Made by a program: the position numbers and the translations under genes. Positions 15,786 through 26,397 of a stretch of 64,000 nucleotides of DNA are shown here, in pieces (position 1 is the stretch's first letter; every line of letters starts with the position of its first letter). This stretch comes from Terriglobia bacterium (GTDB taxonomy: Bacteria; Acidobacteriota; Terriglobia; 2-12-FULL-54-10). Where the stretch lies: assembly GCA_963662495.2 (NCBI GenBank), contig CAXVYQ010000002.1, positions 390,355 through 454,354 of the forward strand. Direction: 5' to 3'. The notes beneath the pieces were generated by a model, which searched no databases, was not told where the DNA came from, and saw only the letters and a list, made by a program, of their open reading frames with translations.

Positions 15786-16202
15786 TTAACTGTTCGCCGC
15801 GGCGGATTTCCGTGCGGGCAAACGGTTGCGTTGCTTCTTCTGGCAGCCGGGGCAGACGCCTAGAAATTCCATGCGGTGTTCCTGCAACCGGCAGGACATC
15901 TCTCTGGCCACCTTGCGATCCAGCTCCTGCTGATAGGGAACGGCAACGTCTTCCAGAGCGCCGCAGACCGTGCAGGTGATGTGGTAGTGGCGATGATGCC
16001 GCGTCTCATAGCGCGCGGGCTTGCGGCCGATCTTGCTTTCAATCAGCAGGTTCTGGGAGAGTAGTATCTGGAGGTTGCGATAGACGGTGCCCAGGCTGAT
16101 GGACGGCATGCGCCGCCGCGCCGATCGGGACGGTAAAAGGCACAAAGGGAGTTTCCTGTACCCGGCAGAGGACGGGTCCGAGTCTAATAAAAAATCTGAC
16201 AA
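15786..16202 (-). CDS. Fur-family (PerR/Fur-like) transcriptional regulator with an atypically short N-terminus
   Basis: ISLGTVYRNL recognition helix, HHRHYHITCTVCG and GVCPGCQ metal sites. It starts at TTG. Only ~35 aa precede the recognition helix, and they do not resemble the usual Fur helices. Confidence 0.7.
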   Translation of the reverse strand: MSDFLLDSDPSSAGYRKLPLCLLPSRSARRRMPSISLGTVYRNLQILLSQNLLIESKIGRKPARYETRHHRHYHITCTVCGALEDVAVPYQQELDRKVAREMSCRLQEHRMEFLGVCPGCQKKQRNRLPARKSAAANS

Positions 16203-16212
16203 AAATGATGGG

Positions 16213-18417
16213 ATGAAACAAGTGCGATCTTATTTTTTAATGGGAATAGTACTGCTGTTGGCGGCTGCGCGGTTAACGGCGCAGGAGACCGGCGTGCAGG
16301 AGCGGCGCGTGATGCGGGCGCTGCGAATGGAAGCGGAGGACCGGATCGAGCTGGATGGCGTGCTGGACGAGGCAGTCTGGGAGAGGGCCGAGCCGGCCAC
16401 CGATTTCATCCAGCAGGACCCGGATTTCGGCGTGCCGGCGACAGAGAGGACGGAAGTACGGATCGTCTTCGGCAGGGAAAACCTCTACATGGGCGTGATC
16501 TGTTTTGATTCCAAACCGGAGGAGTTGCATGGATACCAGAGAAGGCGCGATGAGTTTCTCTCGGCCGACGACCGGTTCATGTGGGCGATGGACCCTTACC
16601 TGGATGGCCGGAGCGGGTATTTCTTCGAGATCAATCCGTCGGGGCTGATGGGTGATTCGTTGCTGGGCGGGGCGGGGCAGAACAACCGCCAGTGGGACGG
16701 GATCTGGACGGCGAACGTGCGCAAGACGGATTTCGGCTGGGTGGCCGAGATTGAGATTCCGTTCCGGACGCTGAACTTCGACCCGCAGGCGCCGGCCTGG
16801 GGCGTGAACTTCCAGCGGACGGTGCGGCGCAAGAGTGAAGAGAGCCTCTGGACGGGCCACGCGCGGAACCAGGGGTTGCGGCGGATGTCGAACGCGGGGT
16901 TGCTGGAGGGGATCAGCGGCGTAACGCAGGGCAGGGGGATCGAGCTGAAACCCTACGCCCTGGGGACAGCGTTTTCGGCGCCGGGCCGGAACCAGGAGGG
17001 AACAACGTATCAGGGAGACGTGGGGCTCGACATCTTCTATTCACCGACTCCGCGGCTGCGGACCAACTTCACCCTGAACACGGATTTCGCGCAGACCGAG
17101 GTGGATGACCAGCAGGTGAACCTGACGCGGTTTTCCCTGTTTTTCGACGAAAAGAGGGATTTCTTCCTGGAGGGGCAGAGCTTCTTCGGATTCCATTCGC
17201 TGGCCGAGGGTGATCCGGACACGCGGGTGATTCCGTTCTTCAGCCGCCGGATCGGGCTGAGCGAGAACCGCGAGCCGCAGAAGATCGATTACGGCACCAG
17301 GCTGACCGGGCAGGTGGGCAAGCAGGATATCGGGATCATGCATGTGCGGACGGGGCCGCTGGATGAGGATGCCGGGGATGAGTTTACGGTGGCGCGCGTG
17401 CGGAGGAGATTGCTCTCCCAATCCTATGTGGGCGGGCTGATGACGCGGCGCGACCCGCGGGGCGAGGGCCCGGCGGCCTACACGCTGGGGCTGGATGCAT
17501 TGTTTGCCACGCGGACGTTTCTGGGCTCCGAGAATCTGGAGTTGGGAGCCTACGTGCTGGGCGCCTCGAACAAAGCAGAGACGACGGGAGACAACTACGC
17601 CTACGGGGTGGACCTGTCGTTTCCCAACGACCTGTGGTCGGGGGCGTTCAGCTTCAAGCAGGTGGAGAGGAACTTCGACCCGGATGCGGGATTCGTTACG
17701 CGGCGGGGTTTCCGGCGCTACAACCCGGAACTGTTTTATTCTCCGCGCCCGGAGAACCACCCCTGGATCCGGCGGTTCTCCTTCGGCGTTCTGCTGGATT
17801 TCCAGACGGATCAGGAGAACCGGCTACTGACGCGGAAACTGGAGTTCAAGACCTTTGAAATGAACACGCACGCCGACGACAGCTTCTTCAGTCTGATCAT
17901 TCCGACCTTCGAGCGGCTGGAGGAGGATTTCGAGATCAGCGAGGGCATTACGCTTCCGGCCGGGGCGGAGTACAACTTTACGCGGATGCAGATCCAAGGG
18001 CGAACCGCGAACCGGCGCAAGGTGGCGGTGCAGGGAACTGTCGAGTTCGGCGACTTTTTCTCCGGCACCCGGCAGGACTACTCCTTCGGCCTGACGCTGC
18101 GGGCGCGTCCCGGGGTGATCGTCTACAGCGAGGCGGAGTGGAACCGCGTGCAACTGGCCGAGGGAAACTTCCAGACGCGGACCTATCGGCTGACCCCGGA
18201 ATGGCAGTTCTCTCCGTGGAGTTCCTTGGTAAACATCTTCCAGTATGACAATAAGAGCCGCGTTCTGGGATGGCAGTCCCGCTTCCGGTGGATCATGAAG
18301 CCGGGCGACGATCTCTATTTCGTCTACACGCAGAATTGGATGGACGATCCGGCGCTGGGCCTGGAGACGCTGGAGCGGCGGGCAGCCACAAAGTTCATCT
18401 ATACGCACCGCTTTTAG
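16213..18417 (+). CDS. outer-membrane protein of the CBM9-like/DUF5916 type
   Basis: Signal peptide MKQVRSYFLMGIVLLLAAARLTAQ. The ELDGVLDEAVWERAEPATDFIQQDP...TEVRIVFGRENLYMGV block is typical of CBM9-like N-domains. Long beta-rich body ending ...KFIYTHRF (terminal aromatic residue). Confidence 0.65.
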   Translation: MKQVRSYFLMGIVLLLAAARLTAQETGVQERRVMRALRMEAEDRIELDGVLDEAVWERAEPATDFIQQDPDFGVPATERTEVRIVFGRENLYMGVICFDSKPEELHGYQRRRDEFLSADDRFMWAMDPYLDGRSGYFFEINPSGLMGDSLLGGAGQNNRQWDGIWTANVRKTDFGWVAEIEIPFRTLNFDPQAPAWGVNFQRTVRRKSEESLWTGHARNQGLRRMSNAGLLEGISGVTQGRGIELKPYALGTAFSAPGRNQEGTTYQGDVGLDIFYSPTPRLRTNFTLNTDFAQTEVDDQQVNLTRFSLFFDEKRDFFLEGQSFFGFHSLAEGDPDTRVIPFFSRRIGLSENREPQKIDYGTRLTGQVGKQDIGIMHVRTGPLDEDAGDEFTVARVRRRLLSQSYVGGLMTRRDPRGEGPAAYTLGLDALFATRTFLGSENLELGAYVLGASNKAETTGDNYAYGVDLSFPNDLWSGAFSFKQVERNFDPDAGFVTRRGFRRYNPELFYSPRPENHPWIRRFSFGVLLDFQTDQENRLLTRKLEFKTFEMNTHADDSFFSLIIPTFERLEEDFEISEGITLPAGAEYNFTRMQIQGRTANRRKVAVQGTVEFGDFFSGTRQDYSFGLTLRARPGVIVYSEAEWNRVQLAEGNFQTRTYRLTPEWQFSPWSSLVNIFQYDNKSRVLGWQSRFRWIMKPGDDLYFVYTQNWMDDPALGLETLERRAATKFIYTHRF

Positions 18418-18485
18418 GCAGACGGGCGCCTGGGTGGGTGCCGAGGTTGGTGCCAATGTTGGTGGAAGCAAAAGCCGCCGGGAGG

Positions 18486-19505
18486 TTACTCGCCACCGTC
18501 TGGAGAGGCAAACAGGGGGCGAGCCTCGAAGACCATTGTTCCGTAGGCTTCCCCCGCCTGATAGGACAGCGAGAGCCTTCCCATCAGGAAGCTGAAGCTG
18601 TTGACCCCGGCCATCTGCTCCAGAAACCTTTCTTCCACGAACATCGCGTCTCCCAGGCAGAGGTTGTCCGTTGTCTCCGGCGGGGAGACCCGGATTTGGC
18701 CCGGAAGCGGGCCGCGAGCCTGGAGGCTGGCGCGATATTGATTGCAGCCGGCCGATCCGGATGCGGTGCCCTCATCGAAGGTCAGCGTAACAGGAGGGGT
18801 TGCCGGGGCGGACTCGGAAAGATAGTCCCACTCGCTCAGGACCCACTGTCGGCCAGTGATGGATTCGGGTGTGAGACGGCCGAAGTCGGTCGGGGGACGC
18901 GATTCCCGCAGTATGCCGCCGTCGAGTTCCCAACTGCGCCGGACCAACTCGCCGGGGCAGCACAAGCTGTCCTCCGGACCGGCCTGAACGAGGTCGAGGA
19001 GGATCTGCCGGTCTTCGATCCTCATGTCGCGAATCTGCGTACGGTCGCCGATCAGGGCCGTTCCCGTATTCCGCAGAGCCCCATCCACCCTTTCGATCAC
19101 TGCAAGCGACAGCAGTTCACCGGTTCCGGCGCCGCGGCCGGCCAGGATGGCCACCCCCTCCTGAGAATCGGAGGCGTTGAGCTGTCCCACAACCCGGGAA
19201 TTCGGGACGAGAAAGACCACGTTGCGAATCCAATCTCCTGCCCGGAAAGTTTCCCGCTCCCATTTGCCGTTCTCCAGGATGATCTCCCCGGCGGTGTTCG
19301 GCAGGCCTTTGTAGGTGGCGTTTTCCATCTCCTCCTTTGAGGGTGGCGGCGGTGTGGGCGTAACCGTTGCGAGGGGTGGAGATGGTTCGGGCTCGGAGGC
19401 GGTATCGCGGCAGGCGGTGGAAACCAGAGCAAGAACCAATAGCGGCAGACAGAGGCCGGCAGTGCGGATGGAGTTCATAGGCGGCTCGTGGAGACCGGAT
19501 GGCAA
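18486..19505 (-). CDS. lipoprotein with a META (HslJ-like) domain
   Basis: Lipobox LVSTAC. The C-terminal half has TGRQWVL..W, GSAGCNQYRA and FLEQMAGVNSF motifs like META/DUF306. Confidence 0.6.
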   Translation of the reverse strand: MPSGLHEPPMNSIRTAGLCLPLLVLALVSTACRDTASEPEPSPPLATVTPTPPPPSKEEMENATYKGLPNTAGEIILENGKWERETFRAGDWIRNVVFLVPNSRVVGQLNASDSQEGVAILAGRGAGTGELLSLAVIERVDGALRNTGTALIGDRTQIRDMRIEDRQILLDLVQAGPEDSLCCPGELVRRSWELDGGILRESRPPTDFGRLTPESITGRQWVLSEWDYLSESAPATPPVTLTFDEGTASGSAGCNQYRASLQARGPLPGQIRVSPPETTDNLCLGDAMFVEERFLEQMAGVNSFSFLMGRLSLSYQAGEAYGTMVFEARPLFASPDGGE

Positions 19506-19856
19506 TCACCGGATGACAAGGCGGAATGCCAATCGATCTCCGGTTCAGAATGACTGCAACCGCCCGGCCCGCGCGATGGAACCGGCCCTGCGGAGACGGG
19601 CGGAAAAAAGTCTTCGATTCGGCGACCATTCTACAGGAAAAAGTGAAAAATGGAGGGAAGAGGGCGGGGAGCCGGACCGGTCACAGTTTTGTAAACAAGA
19701 TGAATGATCCCGGAATCCGCATTGCCGCGTGCCGATGGCAGGGTTAGGCTGATAAAGGGTTTGTATTCTAATTTTGCCGAATCTCAGGGGGCCTTCTGGT
19801 CCCGGGAGAGGCCGGCTGGGCCGGGAAGAGTCGAAACACGACCAGGGGAGGAATTC

Positions 19857-22800
19857 ATGAAATCTCAAGCAATTGGCGAGCTGCAGCTCCGGACAGACTC
19901 ACGGATGCACGGCCGCGTGCCTGTTGACAGCAGGCGGGTGGCAGGGATCGCGATGAGCCAGGGGCGCGGGGCGGTCCTATGTCTGCTGGGCCTTCTTGCC
20001 ATTGTGGCCGGGATGGCACTGAATCCGCAGTCTGTAATCGCTGGTGCGGTGCGCTCGAATCCCGGTTTTGAGAGCAACCTGATTCCCCGCAACGACGATG
20101 GCTCCACGAATTCGGCGGTGCCGCTGGGCTTTACGGTGAATTTCTTCGGGTTGGAATTCAGCGAGGCGTTCATCAACAACAACGGAAACATCACTTTCGG
20201 CGATTCGCTGGCCACTTTCACTCCCGAAGGCCTGGTGGCCTCTCCGCTGCGGATCATCGCTCCGTTCTGGGGGGATGTGGACACGCGGGCCTCAGGCTCA
20301 GAGCTTGTGAAATACGGCCAGGACGTGGTCGATGGCCGACCGGCGTTCGGAGTGAACTGGGTGAACGTGGGCTACTTCGGCAATCATGACGACAAACTGA
20401 ACAGCTTTCAGCTCGTGCTGATCGAGCGCTCCGATATCGGGCCGGGAAATTTCGACATCGAATTTAATTACGACCGGATCGAGTGGGAGACCGGCGATGC
20501 CAGCGGCGGCAGCGGCGGGCTGGGCGGGACCTCGGCCTCGGCGGGCTACTCCAACGGCAGCGGCAAGCCGGAAGATTCCTTCGAGATTCTGGGTTCCCGG
20601 CAGAATGGCGTATTCCTGGACTCCAGCCGGTTCGGGCTGATTCGGCGGAGACTGAACAGCGAGGTCCGGGGTCGGCTGGTATTTTTTGTTCGCGACGGGG
20701 CGGTGGAGTGTACGTTTTCCGTGTTGTCCATCGATGAGCCGTTCCCGTGGCAGGGTGGAGAAGGAGCTGTGCAGGTGGCGGCGCCGTTCGACTGCGAATG
20801 GACCATCACCAATAACTCCACCTTCGTGGCGATCGAAGGGGAATCGACGCGCAACGGAAGCGCCAACGTTCTTTACACGGTGGCGGAAAACCGGGGGCCG
20901 GCGCGGAGTGCGACGATAACGGTTGCCGGAGAAGTGATTCTTGTGCTGCAGGACGGACTGCAGACGATACGCGCCAACCCGGTTGTGGTCAATCTGTCGA
21001 CGCTGGACGGCGTGTTTCCCTCCCGGGCGGTTCTGCGCGTAGAGGCCATCGAGGAGCCAGTGACATGGGTGGCGAGCATCCGCATGACCGATGGCAGTTC
21101 GGCCTATGACCTGCGGTTGTCGCCGAACTCCGGGGTTGCGACACTGCTCGATCCATCCTTGCTCACGATTGATCTGGACACGGGAATCCGTCCTCCGACC
21201 CCAGCAGTGGCGGAGATCACGTTGACCGATGTTCAATTCAATCTCTCGATCAAGGTCCCGGTCATCCTGGGCTGGAGCGAAGTGGGTCCCCGGCTCCGGG
21301 TGAGCCAGAGTTCCGTAGTCTTCCAGGCCGTGCAGGGCGGCGGTACGCCTTCCCCGCAGACATTGAGCGTGATGAACGCAGGCGAGGGAGCGCTGGGATG
21401 GTCGATTCCGGCCGAAGCAGTGAACGCGGCGACGTGGCTGAATGTGTCCGCCCTGTCGGGCACCGCCCTCGCGGGACCGTTCGGTATCTCGACGACGCAG
21501 CTTTCGGTGAATCCCTCCGGATTGGGCTCGGGGACGTACCAGACCCTGCTGCCGATCCATTCGGCCGAGCCATTGGATCAGCCGCAACTGGTGTCGGTTA
21601 CGCTGCAGGTGGCCGAGTCGGACAGCGAGGCCTTCGCGGCCCTCTCGCCCCGGGGTATGGTCTTCCAGGGTTTGCCCGGCGGTTTGCTCCCGGTGGCATC
21701 GCAGCGGTTGGAGGTGAACAATCTCGGCGCGGCTCCGCTGACCTACCAGATTACTCCGGGCACCGCCGACGGGGTGGACTGGCTGCAGGTGTCTTCCCGA
21801 GGGGGCGTCGCGAATGCCGGAACCACCGGGGTGGATGTGTCCGTGGATACGGAAAACCTGAGCCCAGGCATCTTTCGCGGCGGACTCGACGTAACGTTTT
21901 CCGACGACGAAGTGCAGCATGTACAGGTCCTGCTGGTGGTGGAGTCCGAGAGCGGGAATGCCTTCCGCCAGACCAGTCCCTGTGTTGCCTCCGGACTGGA
22001 GATGGTTCCCACCACAATGGGCAACGGCGCGGTCTTTACGTCCTCCTATCCGGTACCATTGCTGACGCGGCTGGTGGATACCTGCGGAGATGCAATCAAT
22101 GACGCAACGGTGCTGGTGGACATCGACTCCGACACGATTCGGCTGGAGGCGTTGGGGAGCGGGCTTTACAGTGCGATGTGGACGCCGGGGCTTTCCATCA
22201 CCTCGCTCGAGGTCACCTATTCGGCGCTGCATCCTGCATACGGTTTGAATCAGAGCACCTTCGACATCTCCATTACCGATCCCGCGGGGCCGCTGACGCT
22301 GCCGGGCGTGCGGACCGATGGCGTGCTGGAGGCCGCAGGATTCAGCCCGGGCTGGCCGCTCGCGCCAGGCGGAATCGTCTCCATCTTCGGGTCCGGGCTG
22401 GCCGCGGAGGACAACGTTGCGACCACGCTGCCGCTGCCCAGAGAGCTGGGCGGCGTCCGGGTACGGGTTGGAGACGAATATGCCCCGCTGTTCTACGCCG
22501 GTCCAACACAGATCAACGCGCAGGTGCCCTATTCCGCCCGGCCGGGCGAAAGCATTTCGATCGTGGTGGAAGCCAACGGGCAATTCAGCGCGCCGCAAAG
22601 CTTCCTGGTTCTTCCCGTTCGGCCGGGCATCTTCCTGGCCAATGGAACGATAGCGGCTCTGGATGGAGAATCGAGAGTGATTACCTCGGCGAATCCGGCT
22701 CGCATCGGCGGAGTGCTGCAGATCTTTGCCGCGGGGCTGGAACAGACCTCGCCCCCGGCCGAGACCGGAGCGGCAGCGCCGGCATCCTCGACTCTCGGCT

Positions 22801-22997
22801 TTCCGCTGGAGGTTTCTATCGGAGGCGAGAACGTGCCGGTAACCTATCAGGGGCTGGCGCCGGGGCTGGTGGGCGTCTACCAGATCAATGTGCTGCTGCC
22901 GGGATCGATCCCGGTCGGCGATGAAGTGCCGGTGGTGATTACGCAAAACGGTATGACCAGTAACCCGAATTCCAGGGTGATCATCCCGGTGCGCTAG
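19857..22997 (+). CDS. large secreted protein: NIDO-like domain, Ig/BACON-like repeats and a Solibacter-type C-terminal domain (TIGR03437-like)
   Basis: GGAGG precedes the ATG at 19857. FTVNFFGLEFSEAFINNNGNITFG...IIAPFWGDVDTR is NIDO-like. The C-terminal GGIVSIFGSGLA...GGVRVRVGDEYAPLFYAGPTQINAQVPY...YQGLAPGLVGVYQINVLLP matches my recollection of the Soli_cterm domain. Confidence 0.75.
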   Translation: MKSQAIGELQLRTDSRMHGRVPVDSRRVAGIAMSQGRGAVLCLLGLLAIVAGMALNPQSVIAGAVRSNPGFESNLIPRNDDGSTNSAVPLGFTVNFFGLEFSEAFINNNGNITFGDSLATFTPEGLVASPLRIIAPFWGDVDTRASGSELVKYGQDVVDGRPAFGVNWVNVGYFGNHDDKLNSFQLVLIERSDIGPGNFDIEFNYDRIEWETGDASGGSGGLGGTSASAGYSNGSGKPEDSFEILGSRQNGVFLDSSRFGLIRRRLNSEVRGRLVFFVRDGAVECTFSVLSIDEPFPWQGGEGAVQVAAPFDCEWTITNNSTFVAIEGESTRNGSANVLYTVAENRGPARSATITVAGEVILVLQDGLQTIRANPVVVNLSTLDGVFPSRAVLRVEAIEEPVTWVASIRMTDGSSAYDLRLSPNSGVATLLDPSLLTIDLDTGIRPPTPAVAEITLTDVQFNLSIKVPVILGWSEVGPRLRVSQSSVVFQAVQGGGTPSPQTLSVMNAGEGALGWSIPAEAVNAATWLNVSALSGTALAGPFGISTTQLSVNPSGLGSGTYQTLLPIHSAEPLDQPQLVSVTLQVAESDSEAFAALSPRGMVFQGLPGGLLPVASQRLEVNNLGAAPLTYQITPGTADGVDWLQVSSRGGVANAGTTGVDVSVDTENLSPGIFRGGLDVTFSDDEVQHVQVLLVVESESGNAFRQTSPCVASGLEMVPTTMGNGAVFTSSYPVPLLTRLVDTCGDAINDATVLVDIDSDTIRLEALGSGLYSAMWTPGLSITSLEVTYSALHPAYGLNQSTFDISITDPAGPLTLPGVRTDGVLEAAGFSPGWPLAPGGIVSIFGSGLAAEDNVATTLPLPRELGGVRVRVGDEYAPLFYAGPTQINAQVPYSARPGESISIVVEANGQFSAPQSFLVLPVRPGIFLANGTIAALDGESRVITSANPARIGGVLQIFAAGLEQTSPPAETGAAAPASSTLGFPLEVSIGGENVPVTYQGLAPGLVGVYQINVLLPGSIPVGDEVPVVITQNGMTSNPNSRVIIPVR

Positions 22998-22999
22998 TC

Positions 23000-25306
23000 C
23001 GGGAGCGGCTCGGCCGGACGCTGACCTTCCAGGTTCCGGGAGTCGCCGCCCGGAACGGCATTATCGATGGCCAGGAGATCGGTGTGGACCCGGAGACCAA
23101 GCCCTATCTGGACGCCTTCTGGCTGCCCAACACACCGGATCGGGCGGATGGGTCTGCTCAGTTCATCTCTGGTTTCTCTCAGCCCACCAACCAGGATTTT
23201 GTGATGGGCAGGGTCGATCACCAGCTTTCCGATTCCGACACGCTGTTCGTCCGGTTCAACTTCGACAGCGCGGACCGGTTCGTTCCAGGTTTTAGCGGAA
23301 TGAATACGGGGGAGCTTTCGACGACGGAAAGCCGCTTTAGCACGGTTGAGCACACGCGCATCTACTCGCCGCAGTTGATCGGCAAATCCCACATCTCCTT
23401 CAATCGCACGTTGATTACAGCCACCGATCCGGTTCTTGAGGGGTTTGGCTCGATCCCGCAGTTCACCTTCAGTGCAGCGGACGATGTGATCGGCCACATC
23501 GATATTGGCGGCGGGTATAAAGATTGGGGTGGAAGAACCTTCAACCCCAAGAAGCATGCCCAGAACCTGTGGGAGTTCAAGGAAGATTTCTACTACAGCG
23601 CGGGAAATCATTCCTTCAAGTTCGGCGGAATGTTCGAGCGGTTCCAGGCCAATGTGCGCTCGGACTTCAACGTCAGCGGCACCTTTAATTTCAGCAGCCT
23701 GGAAGATTTTATGCTCAATGATGTGGCCGGCTTTACGGTTACCGAGCCCGGTTCGGATAACATTCGCGGCTGGCGGCAGAACCTGTTCAGCTTCTACTTG
23801 CAGGACGATTTCAATGTGAGGCCGGGCCTCACGCTGAATCTGGGCCTGCGGTACGAAGCGGTCTCGTCACCGACGGAGGTGAACGGCAAGGTGGCGAGCA
23901 TTCGCGACTGGAGCCGTGCGCAGGAGGGATTCGGACCGTCCTCGGGTCACTTCTACACCGTCAAGAACACGGAAACCGACATCGGAGACCCGTATTTTGA
24001 CAACCCCTCTCTGGCGAACTTCGCTCCCCGGGTGGGATTCGCATGGGACCCGTTCCAGGACGGTAAGACCGCCGTCCGTGGCGGCGTGGGAATGTTCCAT
24101 GATCAGATTCTGCCTCACGTCCACATCTTCCTGGGAGCCCGTGTCGCGCCTTTCTTCTCCGTTTCGGATCTTAGCTCCGGGGACGCCCTTGTCCGGGAGG
24201 CTGGTGGAATTGACTTCCCCAACGCCTTCACCACACAGACGCAATTGCTGGGGGGCGTCACGCCGCAAGTCGATCTGGTGCAGCACTTTGTCGATCAGCC
24301 CACCGTCTATAAGTGGAGCATGGATGTGCAGCATGAGGTCGCCCGGGATACCACGGTGGATCTCGGCTACTCTGGAACCCGCGGGACGAATCTGTGGCGT
24401 GGCGCTCTCCAGTTCAACACCCGTCCGGCGATTCAGAAGGATGGCAGACGGTTTGTCCTGATCCAGGAGCCGTTCCCCAATCCGAACTGGGGCCGGATGA
24501 GGGTGACCAAGACCGATGGCACCTCTATTTACCATGGATTGCGGGCCAGCCTGACCAAGCGCTTCAGCCGTGGCTTCCAGGTACAGACCTCCTACACTTG
24601 GTCCAAAGTAATGGATGACAGCACCAGCACGTTCGGTAGCACTGATTTCGGCGCTGCCGATCGTCGTGGGTACCGGGGCGAGAAAGAGTATGTGCTTTCC
24701 AGCCTCGACCTCCGCCACAGTTTCTACACGAATTTTGTGGTGGACATTCCCAGCGGAAACCTCACCGGGGGCGCGCAGAAGGTGCTGGGCGGCTGGAGCA
24801 TCAGCAGCATCGTCCGGCTGAATAGCGGACTCCCCTTTAACCTTGCAGGAGACACGCCGAGGGATGGGGCTTTCCGCGAGCGCTATGTGGATGGGCCCTC
24901 ATTGAACCTGATCTCTGGGGGCGATCAGAATCCCATTCGGGAGCAGAATCCGGATGAGTACTTCGATGTGGAACAGTTCACCTGGCCGGGCGCCGTAGTA
25001 GGTACGGTTGGTTCGCAGTCCGACCCCAGGGGGTTAGCTATGGGTACAGTCGAGCGGAATACCACGATTACCCCTGGAGTCGCCAACGTGGACCTCACCT
25101 TCCTGAAGGACACACCTCTGTGGGGTGAGAGCAATGCGCTGGAATTTCGGTTTGAGCTCTTCAATCTGTTCAACCGTCCGAATTTTGGGACTCCTGCCAG
25201 CAACCTGTTTACTAACAGAGGGGGGCGGCGGAGCAACGCGGGACAGATTACCCGCACCAGAACGACGTCGCGGCAGATCCAGCTGGCTCTTCGCTTCGTG
25301 TTTTAG
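23000..25306 (+). pseudogene. TonB-dependent receptor, 5'-truncated (lacks the CarboxypepD_reg and plug regions)
   Basis: The ORF aligns by eye to residues ~345-1043 of the intact paralog at 32835-35966 (VRFNFDSADRFVPG versus RYSFNDQRLFEPF, and a C-terminal ...QIQLALRFVF versus ...CQFGVRLIF). Its reading frame is open back to the stop codon of the preceding gene, with no N-terminal domains and no start context. Confidence 0.7.
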
Positions 25307-25366
25307 GGAAATAGGAGATACGGTGGGCCTCGGCGTGAAAGGGGCCACTGCTAGATAACCAACACT

Positions 25367-25408
25367 GCGGGATGAATGGGGTTCCCCTCGTTCATCCCGC
25401 ATTTTTTT
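25367..25408 (+). terminator. intrinsic terminator after the TBDR fragment
   Basis: gcgggatgaa-(14 nt)-ttcatcccgc is a 10-bp perfect stem followed by attttttt. Confidence 0.6.
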
Positions 25409-25469
25409 GCAGGAAAATGTCGATTCGAGAAGCTGGCTCCGGTAAACTTTCACCGTGCCGGGAGGGTAA

Positions 25470-25913
25470 ATGACGCACGATCATGAAGGGGAAACGTGTC
25501 TGGAGTGTGCCTTATCCACCGCACGCTTGCAGTCGGTCTACGACCGGCTCCCGGAGGGGCTGCAGCGGAAAGTCCGCTCCGCGTTCTGGTTGAACCAGGT
25601 GAACCAGCCGGCTGCGGCCGCCTATTTTATGGGACTGACATTGCTCACGGACTGGCGGCTGGGCGCATTGAACTTTTTCTCCTGGAGCGATTGTGAACTG
25701 CATATGAAGCGGTTCGATCAGACTCACCGCGCCTGGCTGACGCGCACCGAGATGATGATGGGCCAGGGCCCCGAGAGGGTATTATCCCCGATGTTGTCAC
25801 GTTCGCTTCCCGAATACGGTGTGCGGATTGATTCCCTGCTCTGCGCGGTGGAGCGATGCCTTTCCAGCAGGGTTCCCTCACCGGTTGCCTGTTTTCGTAT
25901 TCGCGTCCCTTGA
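25470..25913 (+). CDS. hypothetical protein
   Basis: A 147-aa ORF in a lower-GC spacer. No recognisable motif. Its composition looks coding-like, unlike the overlapping ORFs. Confidence 0.3.
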   Translation: MTHDHEGETCLECALSTARLQSVYDRLPEGLQRKVRSAFWLNQVNQPAAAAYFMGLTLLTDWRLGALNFFSWSDCELHMKRFDQTHRAWLTRTEMMMGQGPERVLSPMLSRSLPEYGVRIDSLLCAVERCLSSRVPSPVACFRIRVP

Positions 25914-26397
25914 CTGGGCGGATGTCCCGTTCAGACTCTTCGAGCATTCCACTGGCGCGGTTCCTCGTGGCAGGCACGTTCTAAACCGCGAGGCATCCCG
26001 TTGGGACCCGTAAGGCCGGGCGATTCGAAGCTGAAATGCGGCAAAAGAGGGAACACCTCGACTGCGTGGAACCATGATATGATTCGTACAACACGCATGT
26101 ATACAGGGAGCTTTGGTTATGGGAATAGTTTCCGAGGAATACCCGAACGACACGATTCTGCAGAAATTGAAGAGATTTGCGGCCCGGCATGGAAGAGAAG
26201 TCAAAGTGGCGGAAACAAATGGCCGGATCGTGGGTGCTCAGGTGTTGGTCGAAGAGGTTTCCACGGAGAAACTTCAGGAAGACTGGCGAGTCTTCGATAG
26301 GGAATAACGCACGGTCTCCGGCACTTTTTCCGGGAAAGCTGTCCGGATTGAATTGCCTGAACCGGGCCCCCTTCATTCCGCGTTGCCGGAACTTTTC

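Noticed and set aside
26113-26307. A 64-aa ORF (MVMGIVSEEYPNDTILQKLKRFAARHGREVKV...) in the spacer before paralog A.
   Set aside because: Its composition is coding-like, but it has no motif, no clear RBS and no partner gene. The evidence is insufficient to report it as a gene.
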